A DNA stretch of 64,000 nt from Phyllobates terribilis (Eukaryota): NCBI RefSeq assembly GCF_046119375.1, contig NW_027362762.1, forward strand, positions 474,300,001-474,364,000. The letters are read 5' to 3'. Positions within the stretch are counted from its first letter, which is position 1; each line of letters starts with the position of its first letter. Below are positions 1-13,064 of this stretch, one piece after another. The position numbers and the translations under genes were made by a program. The notes beneath the pieces are model-generated. The model was not told where the DNA came from and searched no databases. It saw only the letters and a list, made by a program, of their open reading frames with translations.

Positions 1-1997
1 GATGGAGGTCAGTATAGATGGATTAATAGAGAAAGTCCCACACACTGCTAGAAGGCCACATATTTTTTCAGAGGTAGATGCAGAAAAAAATATATTCAGT
101 TTGCAACCTGATGGAGGTCTGTATAGATGGATTAATAGAACAAGTCCCACACACAGCTAGAAGCCCAATATTTTTTCAGAGGTAGATGCAGAAAAAAATA
201 TATTCAGTTTCCAACCTGATGGAGGTCAGTATAGATGGACTAATACAACAAATCCCACACACAGCTAGAAGCCCAAATATTTTTTCAGAGGTAGATGCAG
301 AAAAAAATATATTCAGTTTGCAACCTGATGGAGGTCTGTATAGATGGATTAATAGAACAAGTCCCACACACAGCTAGAAGCCCAAATATTTTTTCAGAGG
401 TAGATGCAGATAAAAATTATTTTTAATTTGCAACCTGATGGAGGTCAGTATAGATGGACTAATAGAGAAAGTCCCACACACTGCTAGAAGGCCCAATATT
501 TTTTCAGAGGTAGATGCAGAAAAAAATATATTCAGTTTGCAACCTGATGGAGGTCAGTATAGATGGACTAATACAACAAGTCCCACTCACAGCTAGAAGC
601 CCAATATTTTTTCAGAGGTAGATGCAGAAAAAAATATATTCAGTTTGCAACCTGATGGAGGTCTGTATAGATGGATTAATAGAACAAGTCCCACACACAG
701 CTAGAAGCCCAATATTTTTTCAGAGGTAGATGCAGAAAAAAATATATTCAGTTTGCAACCTGATGGAGGTCTGTATAGATGGATTAATAGAACAAGTCCC
801 ACACACAGCTAGAAGCCCAATATTTTTTCAGAGGTAGATGCAGAAAAAAATATATTCAGTTTGCAACCTGATGGAGGTCTGTATAGATGGATTAATAGAA
901 CAAGTCCCACACACAGCTAGAAGCTCAATATTTTTTCAGAGGTAGATGCAGAAAAAAATATATTCAGTTTGCAACCTGATGGAGGTCAGTATAGATGGAC
1001 TAATACAACAAGTCCCAGACACAGCTAGAAGCCCAATATTTTTTCAGAGCTAGATGCAGACAAAAAATTATTTTGAATTTGCAACCTGATGGAGGTCAGT
1101 TATAGATGGATTAATAGAGAAAGTCCCACACACTGCTAGAAGGCCACATATTTTTTCAGAGGTAGATGCAGAAAAAAATATATTCAGTTTGCAACCTGAT
1201 GGAGGTCTGTATAGATGGATTAATAGAACAAGTCCCACACACAGCTAGAAGCCCAAATATTTTTTCAGAGGTAGATGCAGAAAAAAATATATTCAGTTTG
1301 CAACCTGATGGAGGTCTGTATAGATGGATTAATAGAACAAGTCCCACACACAGCTAGAAGCCCAAATATTTTTTCAGAGGTAGATGCAGATAAAAATTAT
1401 TTTTAATTTGCAACCTGATGGAGGTCAGTATAGATGGACTAATAGAGAAAGTCCCACACACTGCTAGAAGGCCAAATATTTTTTCAGAGCTAGATGCAGA
1501 TAAAAATTATATTCAATTTGCAACCTGATGGAGGTCAGTATAGATGGACTAATAGAACAAGTCCCACACACAGCTAGAAGCCCAAATATTTTTTCAGAGG
1601 TACTGTAGATGCAGATAAAAATTATTTTTAATTTGCAACCTGATGGAGGTCAGTATAGATGGACTAATACAACAAGTTCCACACACAGCTAGAAGCCCAA
1701 TATTTTTTCAGAGGTAGATGCAGAAAAAAATATATTCAGTTTGCAACCTGATGGAGGTCTGTATAGATGGATTAATAGAACAAGTCCCACTCACAGCTAG
1801 AAGCCCAATATTTTTTCAGAGGTAGATGCAGAAAAAAATATATTCAGTTTGCAACCTGATGGAGGTCAGTATAGATGGACTAATACAACAAGTCCCACAC
1901 ACAGCTAGAAGCCCAATATTTTTTCAGAGCTAGATGCAGAAAAAAATTATATTCAATTTGCAACCTGATGGAGGTCAGTATAGATGGACTAATAGAA
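1..1997. repeat. Tandem array of ~109 bp units (about 18, cut by window start); internal array of hAT copy 1
   Basis: GATGGAGGT recurs at 1, 110, 218 and onward. The array ends at AATAGAA|TGATGCTATGCC, the same junction seen at ~55490 and, reverse-complemented, at ~59370. Confidence 0.97.
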
Positions 1998-2913
1998 TGA
2001 TGCTATGCCCAAAAGATTTTACTTCACTAGGTGCAGTAAAAAAATTGGTATTCTATACACAGGTGGTATATCTTGCAACACAGACAGGCTACTCCACTGA
2101 CTAACACACTCTGCAATAGGCCAAAAAGGATTAGCTTTGCTAGATTCAGCCAAATGCTGTTAAAAAAACTTGCACAGCACTGGCACAGACCTGCCTGGCA
2201 AAAACTGATAGGAACTGATGTAACCTAGTCCTGAAAAGGACTCCAATTACAATTAGTCTTTACTCCCACAACCTATCTATTTAAGAGCACAGACCTGCCT
2301 GATAAAAGTCATAGGAAATGCTGTAACCTAGTCCTTAAAAGGACTGCAATCACAACTATTCCCTACTCCCAAGCTATCTGTAGATTTGTGCGAAAATTGG
2401 CTTGAAATTAACAAGGTATAGCGCACACAGCAACAGCGGTGCCGTCTAACACACAGCTGCAGCAGTGAGAAAATGGTGGCGACGGGAAAAATGGCTTGGT
2501 CTTATAGGGCAAGGACATGTGACATACACTGCCAATGACACATGCCCTTGCTTGTGTGAAAAAAAGCACTTCGCTCCGTGTGTGCGCTGCTGATAGGCTG
2601 ACAGATTGCACCTCCCCACTGTAAATGCGGGAAAGAGAAAAAAAAATGGAGATCTTCATTGTTCCTGCAGAGATCCATCCCCTGCCCCTCCCCCCACCCC
2701 GCTGTACACTCAAACTGCGTATTAACATTAATTTTCATCATTACTGAGAAAAAATCCAGTTATGATTTTGGTGCACGAACAGTTATCGAACATAACCTCG
2801 AACAGCCGAATTTTTCTCAAATTGTTCGTTTTCGCCGAACGGCTCGAACACCGCCCAAAACTGCTCGAATTTGAGATTGGCGAACAGTTCGAGTAGAACA
2901 ACGCTCATCTCTA
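1..2913 (-). mobile_element. hAT DNA transposon copy 1, 5' end (array, subterminal region, TIR); rest lies left of the window
   Basis: Ends in ...GAACAACGCTCATCTCTA at 2913, the reverse complement of the TAGAGATGAGCGTTGTTC terminus at 58455. 2700-2913 differs from the copy-3 end at only 3 of ~213 nt. Subterminal GTTCG/CGAAC motifs are present. Confidence 0.93.
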
Positions 2914-3189
2914 CTCTCTAACACAGGGCTTCTCTAAGTCCTTAGAAAAAAGGCCTCCCATGGCCTAGCCCAAGATGTTGTGTCCTTGGTTGTCCTCACC
3001 AAGTCGGCTCATGTCAAGCTGAAAAACGCATCCCAAAATTCCCGAAAACAGAACCAGAGCTGCGCTGCTCTATCCAGACCTTTTTCCAATGATGCATAGC
3101 TTCACTTTCCTTGAACTCCTCTAGCACCAGTCACCAACTGCCAAACCCCTGCGCTGCAACTCTGGAAACTCCGCTAACCTCTACTGGCC

Positions 3190-4356
3190 AGATCATATAT
3201 TACATCACCAATCTCCACTTTGACTGAGCCATTCACACACACATGAATATGCTTTGATGTAAACCATTCTATTGTAACTCTGGCATAATGTTTAGGGCTG
3301 CTGTCCTGCTGAAAAGTGAACCTACTCCCAGTCTTTTGCAGTCTCTAACAGGTTTTCCTTCAGGATTGCCCTGTATTTAGCTCCATCCATCTTTCCACCA
3401 ACTTTGAACATCTTCCCTGTCCCTGCTGAAGAAAAGCATACCCACCATATTTGACAGTGAGGATGGTGTTTTCCGGTTGATCTGTATTGTTAGTTTTCCG
3501 CCACACATAGCATTAAGCATTTAGCCCCAAATGTTCTACTTTGGTCATATCTGACCAGAGCACATTCTTCCACATGCTAGCTGTGACCCTTACATGGCTT
3601 TTTGCACACTGCAAATGGGACTTCTTATAGCTTGCTTTCAAAAATATCTTTCTTCTTGACACTCTTCCATAAAGGCCAGATTTGCGGACTATACAACTAA
3701 TAGTTGTCCTGTGGACAGATTCTCCCGCCTGAACTGTGGATCTCTGCAGCTTCTTCTCTGCATATTGCTCTTCTTACTTTGAATGTCAATTTAGGTGGAT
3801 GGTCATGTCTTGGTAGGTTTGCAGTTGTGGCACACTTCTTTTTTCATTTTTGGATGATGGATTGAACAGTGCTTCATGAAATGTTCAGAGCTTTGACATT
3901 TTTAATAACCTAACCCTGCTTTAATGTTCTTCACAAATTTATCCCTGACCTGTCTGGTGTGTTCCTTGGTTTTCACGATGCTATTTAATCCATAATGTGT
4001 TCAAACAAATCTTTGTGGCCTTCACAGAACATCTGTAGTTATACTGAGAATAAATTACACACAGGTGGATGCAATTTACTAATTATGTGACTTATGGAGA
4101 CAATTGGTCATTCAGAATTTTATTTAGGGGTATCGGACTACAAGGGGCTGAATACAAATCCATGTCACAATTTTAAGATTTATATTTTTAAAATATATAG
4201 AAAAGCATGTACGATTTTCTTTACACGCCACAAATACTTGCTACTTTGTGTTGGTATATCACATAAAATCCAAATAAAATGCATTTAAGTTTGTTGGTGT
4301 AGCATGAAAAGAATTGGAAAAGTTCATGGGGTATGAATACTTATTCAAGGAACTTT
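3190..4356 (-). mobile_element. Degenerate Tc1-like element related to the 37023-38639 family
   Basis: 3520-3770 is colinear with 37780-37990 (TCTGACCAGAGCAC...CTTCCATAAAGGCCAGATT). A TIR-like stretch AAAAGTTCATGGGGTATGAATACTT lies at ~4320-4350. Left boundary is approximate. Confidence 0.75.
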
Positions 4357-5114
4357 ACATGTATGGCAATAATGGAAGATTAAAGAAAACTGCTTAACAA
4401 GGGCGCCTGATGCATTGTGTCATGAACTACATTGGTTTCATCAATGGTAATTACTGACTATTTTTATATTTGTATTTTAAACATGATGTAATTTTAAAAT
4501 GTCTCTTGCAAGGCCCAATATGCTACATCATTTCTTGGCAGCATGGGTTTAAAGAGATATTTTTATCTTCATAGATTGATATTGTAAGACAAGTGCTTTT
4601 GCAATTTTGTGCTTATTAAAATTTGCAGCCGATCTAGAGATATTAACAAATTTCTTTCCTTTTCTTTCTCTAGGAGACCAACCACAACTGCTGTCTAGAT
4701 TGTGAACACTGTGCTGAAGCTGACTGGGATTAGTGCTTTAAAACAGTGTTTACAAGCAAATTTTAAAAGAGCTTGTAAGCACTGTGCATGTTCTGAGGTC
4801 TGGCTGGAGTCTTGCAGTGGTTGGCATGGCCCACATCAGGACATGACTGCCCTTACTGCTGTATGGGGCCCAGTGAAAAGAAGTACAGAGGGTGGGCCCG
4901 AACTCAGTCTGGACACCGGCTTGTGCTTATGCTCACCGGGCCCCAGGGTGTAATAAAGTGCTGGCACTGGTAGCTTTCCCGGAGCTCTACAGCCGTCAAA
5001 CCTGAACGGCTGTGCAGCTCCAGCTCACTCCTCCTTTTCTAGACTTCTGGTGATGGCACGTACGTGATGATGTATGGAGCTGCGCCTGCAGAGGATTATA
5101 TTTAAGGTGGGGGA

Positions 5115-5770
5115 CGGGGACTGCAAATGATAAATTGAGGGTGGAGGACAGGGGACTACAAATGATGAATTGAGGGTCTTGGACAGGGGACTGGCAATTG
5201 ATGAATTGAGGATGGGGAACTGAAATGATGAATTGAGGGTGGGGGACAGGGAACATCAATTGAATTGAAGGTGGGGAGTGGGGAGAGCAAATGATGAATT
5301 GAAGGTGGGGGTGTGGAGAGCAAATGATGAAATGAAGAAGGGTGTAGGGAGAGAAAATGAATTGAAGGTGGGGGTGGGGAGAGCAAATGATGACTTGGGG
5401 GGCTGGGGAAGATCAAATAATTATGAATTTTGAGGGGGGGAGTAAATGATGATATATTGAAACTAGGGGATGTGGGACAGTAAATGATGATGTATTGAGG
5501 GTGGGGGACAACAAATTATGATGAACCTGGGGTGGGGCAGCAAATAATGATAAATTGAGTGTGGGGAGAGTAAATGAAGTACTGAATGTGGGAGAGAGCA
5601 GTTGATAATGAATAGAGGGTGGGGGTGGGAGAGAGAGAAGACATGACATAATGAATTGGGACATTGGGGGCATGTAAATATAATGAATCAGAGGAGTAGG
5701 AGGTACAGAGTGGGAGGGCATGTAAATATAATGAATCAGAGGAGCAGGAGGTACAGAGTGGGGGCATTGA
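5115..5770. repeat. Degenerate G-rich minisatellite, ~33-36 bp unit with core AAATGATGAATTGAGGGTGGGGG
   Basis: The core motif is visibly repeated more than 12 times, with strong G/C strand skew. This explains the His/Pro/Ser-rich minus-strand ORFs. Confidence 0.8.
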
Positions 5771-6010
5771 GGATGCAGTTACTGGTATTAAATTGGGGAA
5801 AAGAATACAGGTGCTAATTAATTTATATATTTATTAGGTGGGGAAAGTGGCTATTTACAGTTAGTGGGGGTACAGTGGTGAATTACAATTTATATTTGGA
5901 ATGGTGGGTTGCATAAAAACTAATTATATATTAATGGTTGGTACACATCTGTATTCAGCTGTGTATTGTAGAAGAAAGAGAAAAAGTGGGGAATGTGCTC
6001 TAGACGCGGT

Positions 6011-6584
6011 TGTCACGGGTGTGTCAGAGGTGACAGATAGTCACCCTGCAATGATTTGCAGGAGATCTCCACAATTGGCAATGCAGACAGCTGCCTAGAT
6101 AGGAGGCTGTGTTTAGGACCCAGCGACTACCTCCCTTTACTCTGGGTGTATATATACCTGGTGTGTCTAGGTGGGTGTCGCCGGTTATACTCATTTCTAC
6201 TTGGAACTTGGCTGAAGCAGCATCAAGTCCTCTCTGGAGTCTTGGGGCCGTGTACCCTGTTGGAGTTCTTAATAAGCTGAGTTGTTGTTCCCTTGTGTTG
6301 TCTTCCCCTTTTGTCTTTAGAGTGCAAGCGGAGGTTGACTAGTGCTCATCTCCTTCCACCCCCAGCTATAGCCTTACGCCAGGGATAGTAGGGCGAGGCA
6401 CGTGATCGGCGACAGCTGCGGAGGCTGTATAGAGACGTTAGGGGGAGACAGGGTGATGCTAGTCCAGATTAGGAGGTCACTCCTTCCCCCTTTCCCTAGT
6501 GTCTGGGCTCCCTTTCCCTTTCCCCTCTGTGTTGCACTCACACCTGGCGTGACTCTCTATGTTGCACTCACACCTGGCGTGACA
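6011..6584. mobile_element. Solo LTR (574 bp) with 5-bp TSD
   Basis: Termini TGTCACG...CGTGACA form a 7-bp inverted repeat. GCGGT flanks both sides (6006-6010 and 6585-6589). Confidence 0.9.
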
Positions 6585-6734
6585 GCGGTGCTCTAGATAA
6601 CTGTGTGTTATTTTATGCAGAGACGAGTCCTGGTTGCAAGAAGTTATGGTGGTCTCCTCTGGATGAAAAAGAAAAGCAAAGATGAAGGACTTCAACTAGA
6701 GATATCACCAGTAAGTCAGTTAGCTACTTGTATA

Positions 6735-6965
6735 CTTACACTATACACTGTATAATATGTACAGAGCTCCCGTATATAATGTCACTGGTGATCCCTGTAT
6801 TACTTGCACACTGACACTATATACAGAGCTCCTGTGTATAATGTCAGTAGTGATCACTGTATTACCTGTACACTATACACTCTATACAGAGCTCCTGTGT
6901 ATAATGTCACTGGTGATCCCTGTATTACCTGTACACTAACACTATATACAGAGCTCCTGTGTATT
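6735..6965. repeat. ~60 bp tandem repeat (TATACAGAGCTCCTGTGTATAATGTCACTGGTGATCCCTGTATTACCTGTACAC), about 4 units
   Basis: Units are directly visible. A second degenerate GTGGTGGTAATATG repeat follows to ~7230. Confidence 0.85.
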
Positions 6966-7238
6966 GTGTTTTTTTTATTAATGATCAGTATTGTAGTATT
7001 CGGTCACTATGTGGTGGTAATATGTGGTCTGGTCATGGTGTGGTGGTATTTATTCCTTGTATGTGGCATTATTAACTTACTATGTGGTGGTAATATGTAA
7101 TTTGGTCATAGTGTGGTGGTATTTGTTCCTTGTCTGTGGCATTATTCAGTCACTATTTGGTGGTAATATGTGGTCCGATCATGTTGTGATGATATTTGTT
7201 CATTGTATGTGGTATTATTGGTCATTTTAAAAAATGTA

Positions 7239-8736
7239 CAGTGGGGAATAAAAGTATTTTGTCAGCCACCAATTGTGCAAGTTCTCCCACTTAAAAAGAT
7301 GAGAGTGGCCTGTAATTGACATCATAGGTAGACCTCAACTTTGAGAGACAAAATGAGAAAACAAATCCTGAAAATCACATTGTCTGATTTGGAAAGAATT
7401 TTTTTTCAAATTTTGGTGGAAAATAAGTATTTGGTCAATTACAAAAGTTCATCTCAATACTTTGTTATATATCCTTTGTTGGCAATGACAGAGGTCAACC
7501 ATTTTCTGTAAGTCTTCACAAGGTTGGCACACACTGTTGCTGGTATGTTGGCCATTCCTCCATGCAGATCTCCTCTAGAGCAGTGATGTTTTGGGGCTGT
7601 TGCTGGGCAACACGTACTTTCAACTCCCTCCAAAGGTTTTCTATAGGGTTTAGATCTGGAGACTGGCTAGGCCACTCTAGGACCTTGAATTGCTTCTTAC
7701 AAAGCCACTCCTTCGTTGCCCTGGCGGTGTGCTTGGGATCATTGTCATGCTGAAAGACCCAGCCACATTTCATCTTCAATGCCCCTGCTGATGGAACGAG
7801 GTTTGCACTCAAAATCTCATGATACATGGCCCCATTCATTCTTTCATGTACACAGACCAGTCGTCCTGGTCCCTGGACAGAGAAACAGCCCCAAAGCATG
7901 ATATTGCCACCCCCATGCTTCACAGAAGGTATGGTGTTCTTTGGAAGCAACTCAGCATTCTCTCTCCTCCAAACACTAAGAGTTGTATTTCTACCAAACA
8001 GTTCTCCTTTGGTTTCATCTGATCATATGAAATTCTCCCAATACTCTTCTGGATCATGCAAATGGCTTAAGCAGGGGGACTGACGGCGTAGTGTGTTACT
8101 GATGGCAGCCTGTGTAATGTTGGTCCCAGCTCTCTGCAGGTGATTCAGTAGGTGTGGTTCTGGGATTTTTGCTCACCGTTCTTGAGATCATTTTGACCCC
8201 TGGGATGAGATCTTGCGTGGAACCTGAGATCGAGGGAGATTATCAGTGGTCTTGTATGTCTTCCATTTTCTAATTATTGCTCCCACAGTTGATTTCTTCA
8301 CACCAAGCTGCTTGCCTATTGCAGAGTCAGTCTTTCCAGCCTGGTACAGGGCTACAATTTTGTTTCTGGTGTCCTTCGACAGCTCTTTGGTCTTCACCAT
8401 AGTGAAGTTTGGAGTGTGACTGTTTAAGATTGCGGACAGGTGTCTTTTATAGTGACAAGTTCAAACAGGTGCCAGTACTACAGGTAATGATTGGAGGACA
8501 GAGGAGCCTCTTAAAGAAGAAGTTACAGGTCTGTGAGAGCCAGAATACTTATTTTCCACCAAAATTTTTTAAAAAAATTCTTTCCAAATCAGACAATGTG
8601 ATTTTCAGGATTTGTTTTCTCATTTTGTCTCTCATAGTTGAGGTCTACCTATGATGTAAATTACAGGCCTCTCTCATCTTTTTAAGTGGGAGAACTTGCA
8701 CAATTGGTGGTTGACTAAATACTTTTTTCCCCACTG
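7239..8736 (-). mobile_element. Tc1-like element (DD34E), internally deleted
   Basis: TA|CAGTGGGG...CCCCACTG|TA with ~200 bp TIRs. Transposase pieces at 8400-8188 ([16 protein letters not shown]) and 7950-7516 (FQHDNDPKH...[11 protein letters not shown]). Confidence 0.95.
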
Positions 8737-9280
8737 TATGTGACACAGTCCCTTAAAGAAAAATAAATAAAAATATACCTAAAAAGAGTATTGGATATTT
8801 TAAGAAATGCTTAATAGGTTAGAGTAGAGTAGGACATGGCCAAAAGAGTCTACCTTGTTGTGGTGGCGGCTTAAAAAATCTTTAGGCCAAAACAAAAGCT
8901 GATGGCTATGTATGTGATATGGTGCTCAATGGAAACTGTTGATGTGTGCTTGGTGAGGACATGGTGCTAAAGTGGAGTTTTTCCAAGAGTGGGCAGTGGG
9001 ACTGTGGAAGGTTTGAGAGGTGGAAGCGGAGCTGGGGTGAAACCTGGGTGGAGTCTCAAGGGGGCCCAAAAATTTGGCCAGTATGGGGTACTGCAATTCA
9101 TGGTGGCAGACCTGATGGTTGATCTCCAAGGTAAAAGGCCAGCAAGCAAAAAAAGTCTAAACATATCAAAAACAGCTGGAAATTTTAGTAAGTAAATTGC
9201 AAAATTGCTTGTTTTTACAAGGCCTATCCAACAATATCAATTTATGAAGGTATGACTTTCTCTTAAAGAGGTAGATGCTG

Positions 9281-9810
9281 TGGACACCATAGCAGAGGAT
9301 AACAAACAAAGTCCATTTGAACTCTGTTTCTTTAGTTGTATATTTCTCCTGTGTTCAGTAAAAGTTAAAATAGCAGTCAGGTAGATGCTGAGCTTGTTGA
9401 AGTCTAATTTTATATGACCTAATTCAGTATTTCATGAAAATGTTTTCAGATTTATATTGTTAGATGCATTTATCATTCTTTGAATTTGTATGATTTTTTT
9501 TTAGCAAATGTTTTGTGCTGGCATTATTTTTTAGACTATACTCCTTTACTGATATACATATATGTTCTGTGGGTGGATCTGTGGCATAGGAACAACTTCT
9601 TGAAGGGTTTCTGTAAAATCTTATCCTGACAGCAATACTGAAATGGCAAACTGTTTAGCAACCTGGGCAGGTAGGTTTCTCTGAAAACATGGATAACAAG
9701 GTCCACAAATCGATTCCTATTTTAACTTTTACTTTTACAAAGGGGAAAAATACAACTAAAGAAACAGAGTTCAAAAGGACTTTGTTTGTTATCCTCTGCT
9801 ATGGTGTCCA
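9281..9810. repeat. Inverted repeat with ~90-95 bp arms around a ~340 bp spacer (foldback or MITE remnant)
   Basis: TGGACACCATAGCAGAGGATAACAAACAAAGTCC... from 9281 is the reverse complement of ...GGACTTTGTTTGTTATCCTCTGCTATGGTGTCCA ending at 9810. Confidence 0.8.
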
Positions 9811-10582
9811 TGTGTTCAGTCAAGCACAAGAATGTAGTCGACTACACTCTTCAGCCCATCTGAAAAAAATGTCCATTTGATCCCCGTTTGTCTTATTGTA
9901 ATTAAAATTGAGAGAATCTTCTAAAATTCGATTCAGATAAATTTGCTAAATTCAAGGGGGAAATTCAATTTGCATCAAATAAATTTGGTGTGACTCAAAT
10001 CTTCCAGAAAAGTAAAAAAAAAAATAACCTCTTGTTCTCACCTCTCCTCAGACTACTCCACACGTTTGCTTCTTGTTTTTTGTCTAGTCCTGTAATTGGC
10101 TCCTCTTTCTTCTTCTTTTCCTTATGAGTCTTTTGATGGCTACCTCAACTGCTATATGACAACTCATACGTCATTAATGTGAGTTGCGTCACACTTGACA
10201 GAGTAGGTTTTAGTTAGCAGTAGAGGTGCCTGCCAGAAGACCCTGAGGGAAAAGAAGAGAAAGAAAGAACTGTAAGAAAACCGGATTGGGAGCGGTGATG
10301 GCAACAAGACATGTTTGCTCCAGAATAATTAGTGTGAGAAAAAAAACTGGTTTTGTAAAAGAAGGATCACATCATGTGTATCCATTAGCTACATGTATCA
10401 TGCCTACTATGTAATTCTAGAATTGACACGTAATGGTATAGGACCTCTGTATCCTCAGGCTAGATCTGAAAAAGTCACCTGGCCTGACAAAGCTCTTCTG
10501 CCTAAAGGAAAAGAATCATAATTAGGACAGTGAAACAAACCTTGCCAATTATATAACTGTCAAAGATCACATCCGGGGGGAG

Positions 10583-12450
10583 GTCACACTGAACCACCCC
10601 GCTGTTACCTTTTTATCATGGACAGCTCCCTGCTGCCCCCTATCGTCAGGACAATTGCACAGTTGACCGACGATTTATAGAAGAGGCTGCGGTTGTTACC
10701 ACTACTATGACGGATATTGAGGATCTCACAGAGAGCGTATTGTATACAGTACAGACCAAAAGTTTGGACACACCTTCTCATTTAAAGATTTTTCTGTATT
10801 TTCATGACTATGAAAATTGTACATTCACACTGAAGGCATCAAAACTGTGAATTAACACATGTGGAATTATATACTTAACAAAAAAGTGTGAAACAACTGA
10901 AAATATGTCTTACATTTTAGGTTCTTCAAAGTAGCCACCTTTTGCTTTGATGACTGCTTTGCACACTCTTGGCATTCTCTTGATGAGCTTCAAGAGGTAG
11001 TCACCGGAAATGGTTTTCACTTCACAGGTGTGCCCTGTCAAGTTTGATAAGTGTGATTTCTTGCCTTATAAATGGGGTTGGGACCATCAGTTGTGTTGTG
11101 CAGAAGTCTGGTGGATACACAGCTGATAGTCCTACTGAATAGACTGTTAGAATTTGTATTATGGCAAGAACCGATTCCAATGCAGGGAATATATATATAC
11201 ATCAGTAAGGTCACACTCACTACCATCTCCACAATAACTCAAGATTATTAGCTGCCACCACCAATCGTTTATACTGGCCGGTTTCAGGTAGTGTATGGCT
11301 TCGGGGTGCAGTTTACAGAAAAAAAGGAACAGAACTATTAAATTTTATATTTAATCCAGAAAAATAGTCAGTGTTTACAAAAAATATGCAAAAGATTTTA
11401 CAAAGGGGACATAACAATACAACATATAGAAGTACAATTACATAAAATAAAAAGGATTAACAAAAGAAACCCAGTAAACCTGACATCACTGCAATGGCTT
11501 CATATTTATGGAGGGAGGTACTTCAGAAAGAAAACAAGACAGAACCACCGTTAGCTGCACCTCCAGGGACTGACAAGGTTCAAAATTTGGCATTTGCCTT
11601 TTATTAGCTCCTAAGTTACACCCACACACCTCCCCTTGGTTACTCATAACAGGGTTGGTCATTGGATGTGGCTTCAGTTGCAGAAAATTATGAGATTCCT
11701 TACATTCACAATATGTTTGCTCCTGAGGGTTGTAGGTACCAGATATTACCTTCATATTTTTTTATCATGATTTTACCGTTGCATAGACCTCAAATATGAC
11801 AAGTGTAGCCTCGTCTATCAGAACGTTATTCTATTGGAGGGATTCTGGCCATTGCCCAGCAATGTGACACCATGCTTTGCGTTCGCCACTTCATCACATT
11901 TCCAAAAATATGACTTTCCTATCTATTAGATCATTTCTGTTTATATAAACCTCCCTTCTTAATTTCTTAAAAGCAGAGAAAGACAAAAGAGAGATCTTTG
12001 TTTCTCCTAGTCCTTATCTCGGTCATAAATCTGCTTCTCCACATTCCGGGTGCAATGGCCTCATATCTATTAGCAATTAGGAGTTTCATTAATTCCGTGA
12101 TTCCAAAGGAGGAGGTCAGCTACATAGTGTCATATGGAGACAAATTGTAGAATGCAAGCTCTTTCTCTCATCTCTGCAAGGATTTTAATTTCCTTCATGA
12201 CAATAACTAATAAACATACTAGCGGCTGTATATGGCCAATGCATAAGTTTTGTATATAATTATCAATGATAATTTTGCAGCATGTCTGTGTTTTACAAAC
12301 CTTTTATTTTTTTCTTCATGTTGGTTAAAGAGTTTTGTGTTTTTTATTTTGTGCATGTATTATGTTGCCCATATGGTCCTACTGGCAGATGAATTCAGGA
12401 CTCAAAGGCTTTCTCTGTAAGCTTGTCCTACTGAGAGGGGATCAATTTCA
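10583..12450 (-). mobile_element. LTR-like repeat copy A (interrupted by a Tc1 fragment), homologous to 14687-16110
   Basis: The reverse complement of 11230-11460 aligns with 15640-15890 (GGATTAAATATAAAATTTAATAGTTCTG; GGTGGTGGCAGC-AATAATCTT). 10620-10680 aligns with 16020-16080. The right boundary is approximate. Confidence 0.6.
10747..11170 (+). mobile_element. 5' fragment of the DD38E Tc1-like family (TIR through first codons)
   Basis: TA|CAGTACAGACCAAAAGTTTGG... is ~95% identical to the reverse complement of 39877-40300. It breaks off at ATGGCAAGAA. Confidence 0.92.
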
Positions 12451-13064
12451 ATTCTGAGAATAAACCTTTAGTCAAAGAGATATGGAAATGGAGGGGATTC
12501 CCCAGCTTCAGTCTCTTTGTGATTGAGGGAAGGTTCACAAAATTGTGTTGTGCTCATACTTTACCGTATATTTACCCTCATTAGTCCATGTACATGTGAC
12601 CGTAGGCCTCTTAACCCAAACCAACAGCAGTTTTAAGCATATATAATGCTGTTTGTTTGGGTCACAAGACCTACAGTAAAGCCAGGAAATGTGTGCATAT
12701 GATGAAAGATAAAATATGACCATGGTACAGTTCGGTGGATCTTTCTGAGACCTATGATTTAATGACTCCTTTTGAAGAGCCAATCATTTGCGTTTAGCAA
12801 TCAATGTCAGCATGAAAATCAGCTCGTGTCCACAGTGCATAAATCCATTGCTAATGCTCTTTCTTGGTAATTGCAAAATAAAGAGGAAAAAAGTATTTGA
12901 GTATCCTAACAAGAGGAATTGTTTGAGTTCTTAAAAGTGCAAGTACAGTAAAACCTAAAAGGTGCCTGTTCAGGAAAGTGGTAAAATGGCCTAGTCATGA
13001 CCTGGTTAATTTTGCATTTAGGTAGCAAATCAAAAATAAAAATATGTATGAATGTATACATATA

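Noticed and set aside
176-1357. Short duplicated ORFs in the array (63 aa)
   Set aside because: They arise from indel patterns in the satellite and are not kept across units or copies.
1-1997. 109-110 bp arrays as CRISPR or repeat-spacer arrays
   Set aside because: The whole unit is repeated and there are no unique spacers. The context is eukaryotic and no cas genes are present.
2408-2874. ORFs shared with 58494-58960
   Set aside because: Their similarity only reflects near-identical non-coding hAT subterminal DNA; no recognisable domain.
8780-9200. Possible Penelope-like fragment (PILAKFLGP)
   Set aside because: Only vague resemblance, with no RT or GIY-YIG motif readable.
10100-10270. 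Diverged inverted repeat
   Set aside because: Short, low-complexity arms; probably an old MITE core with no defined ends.
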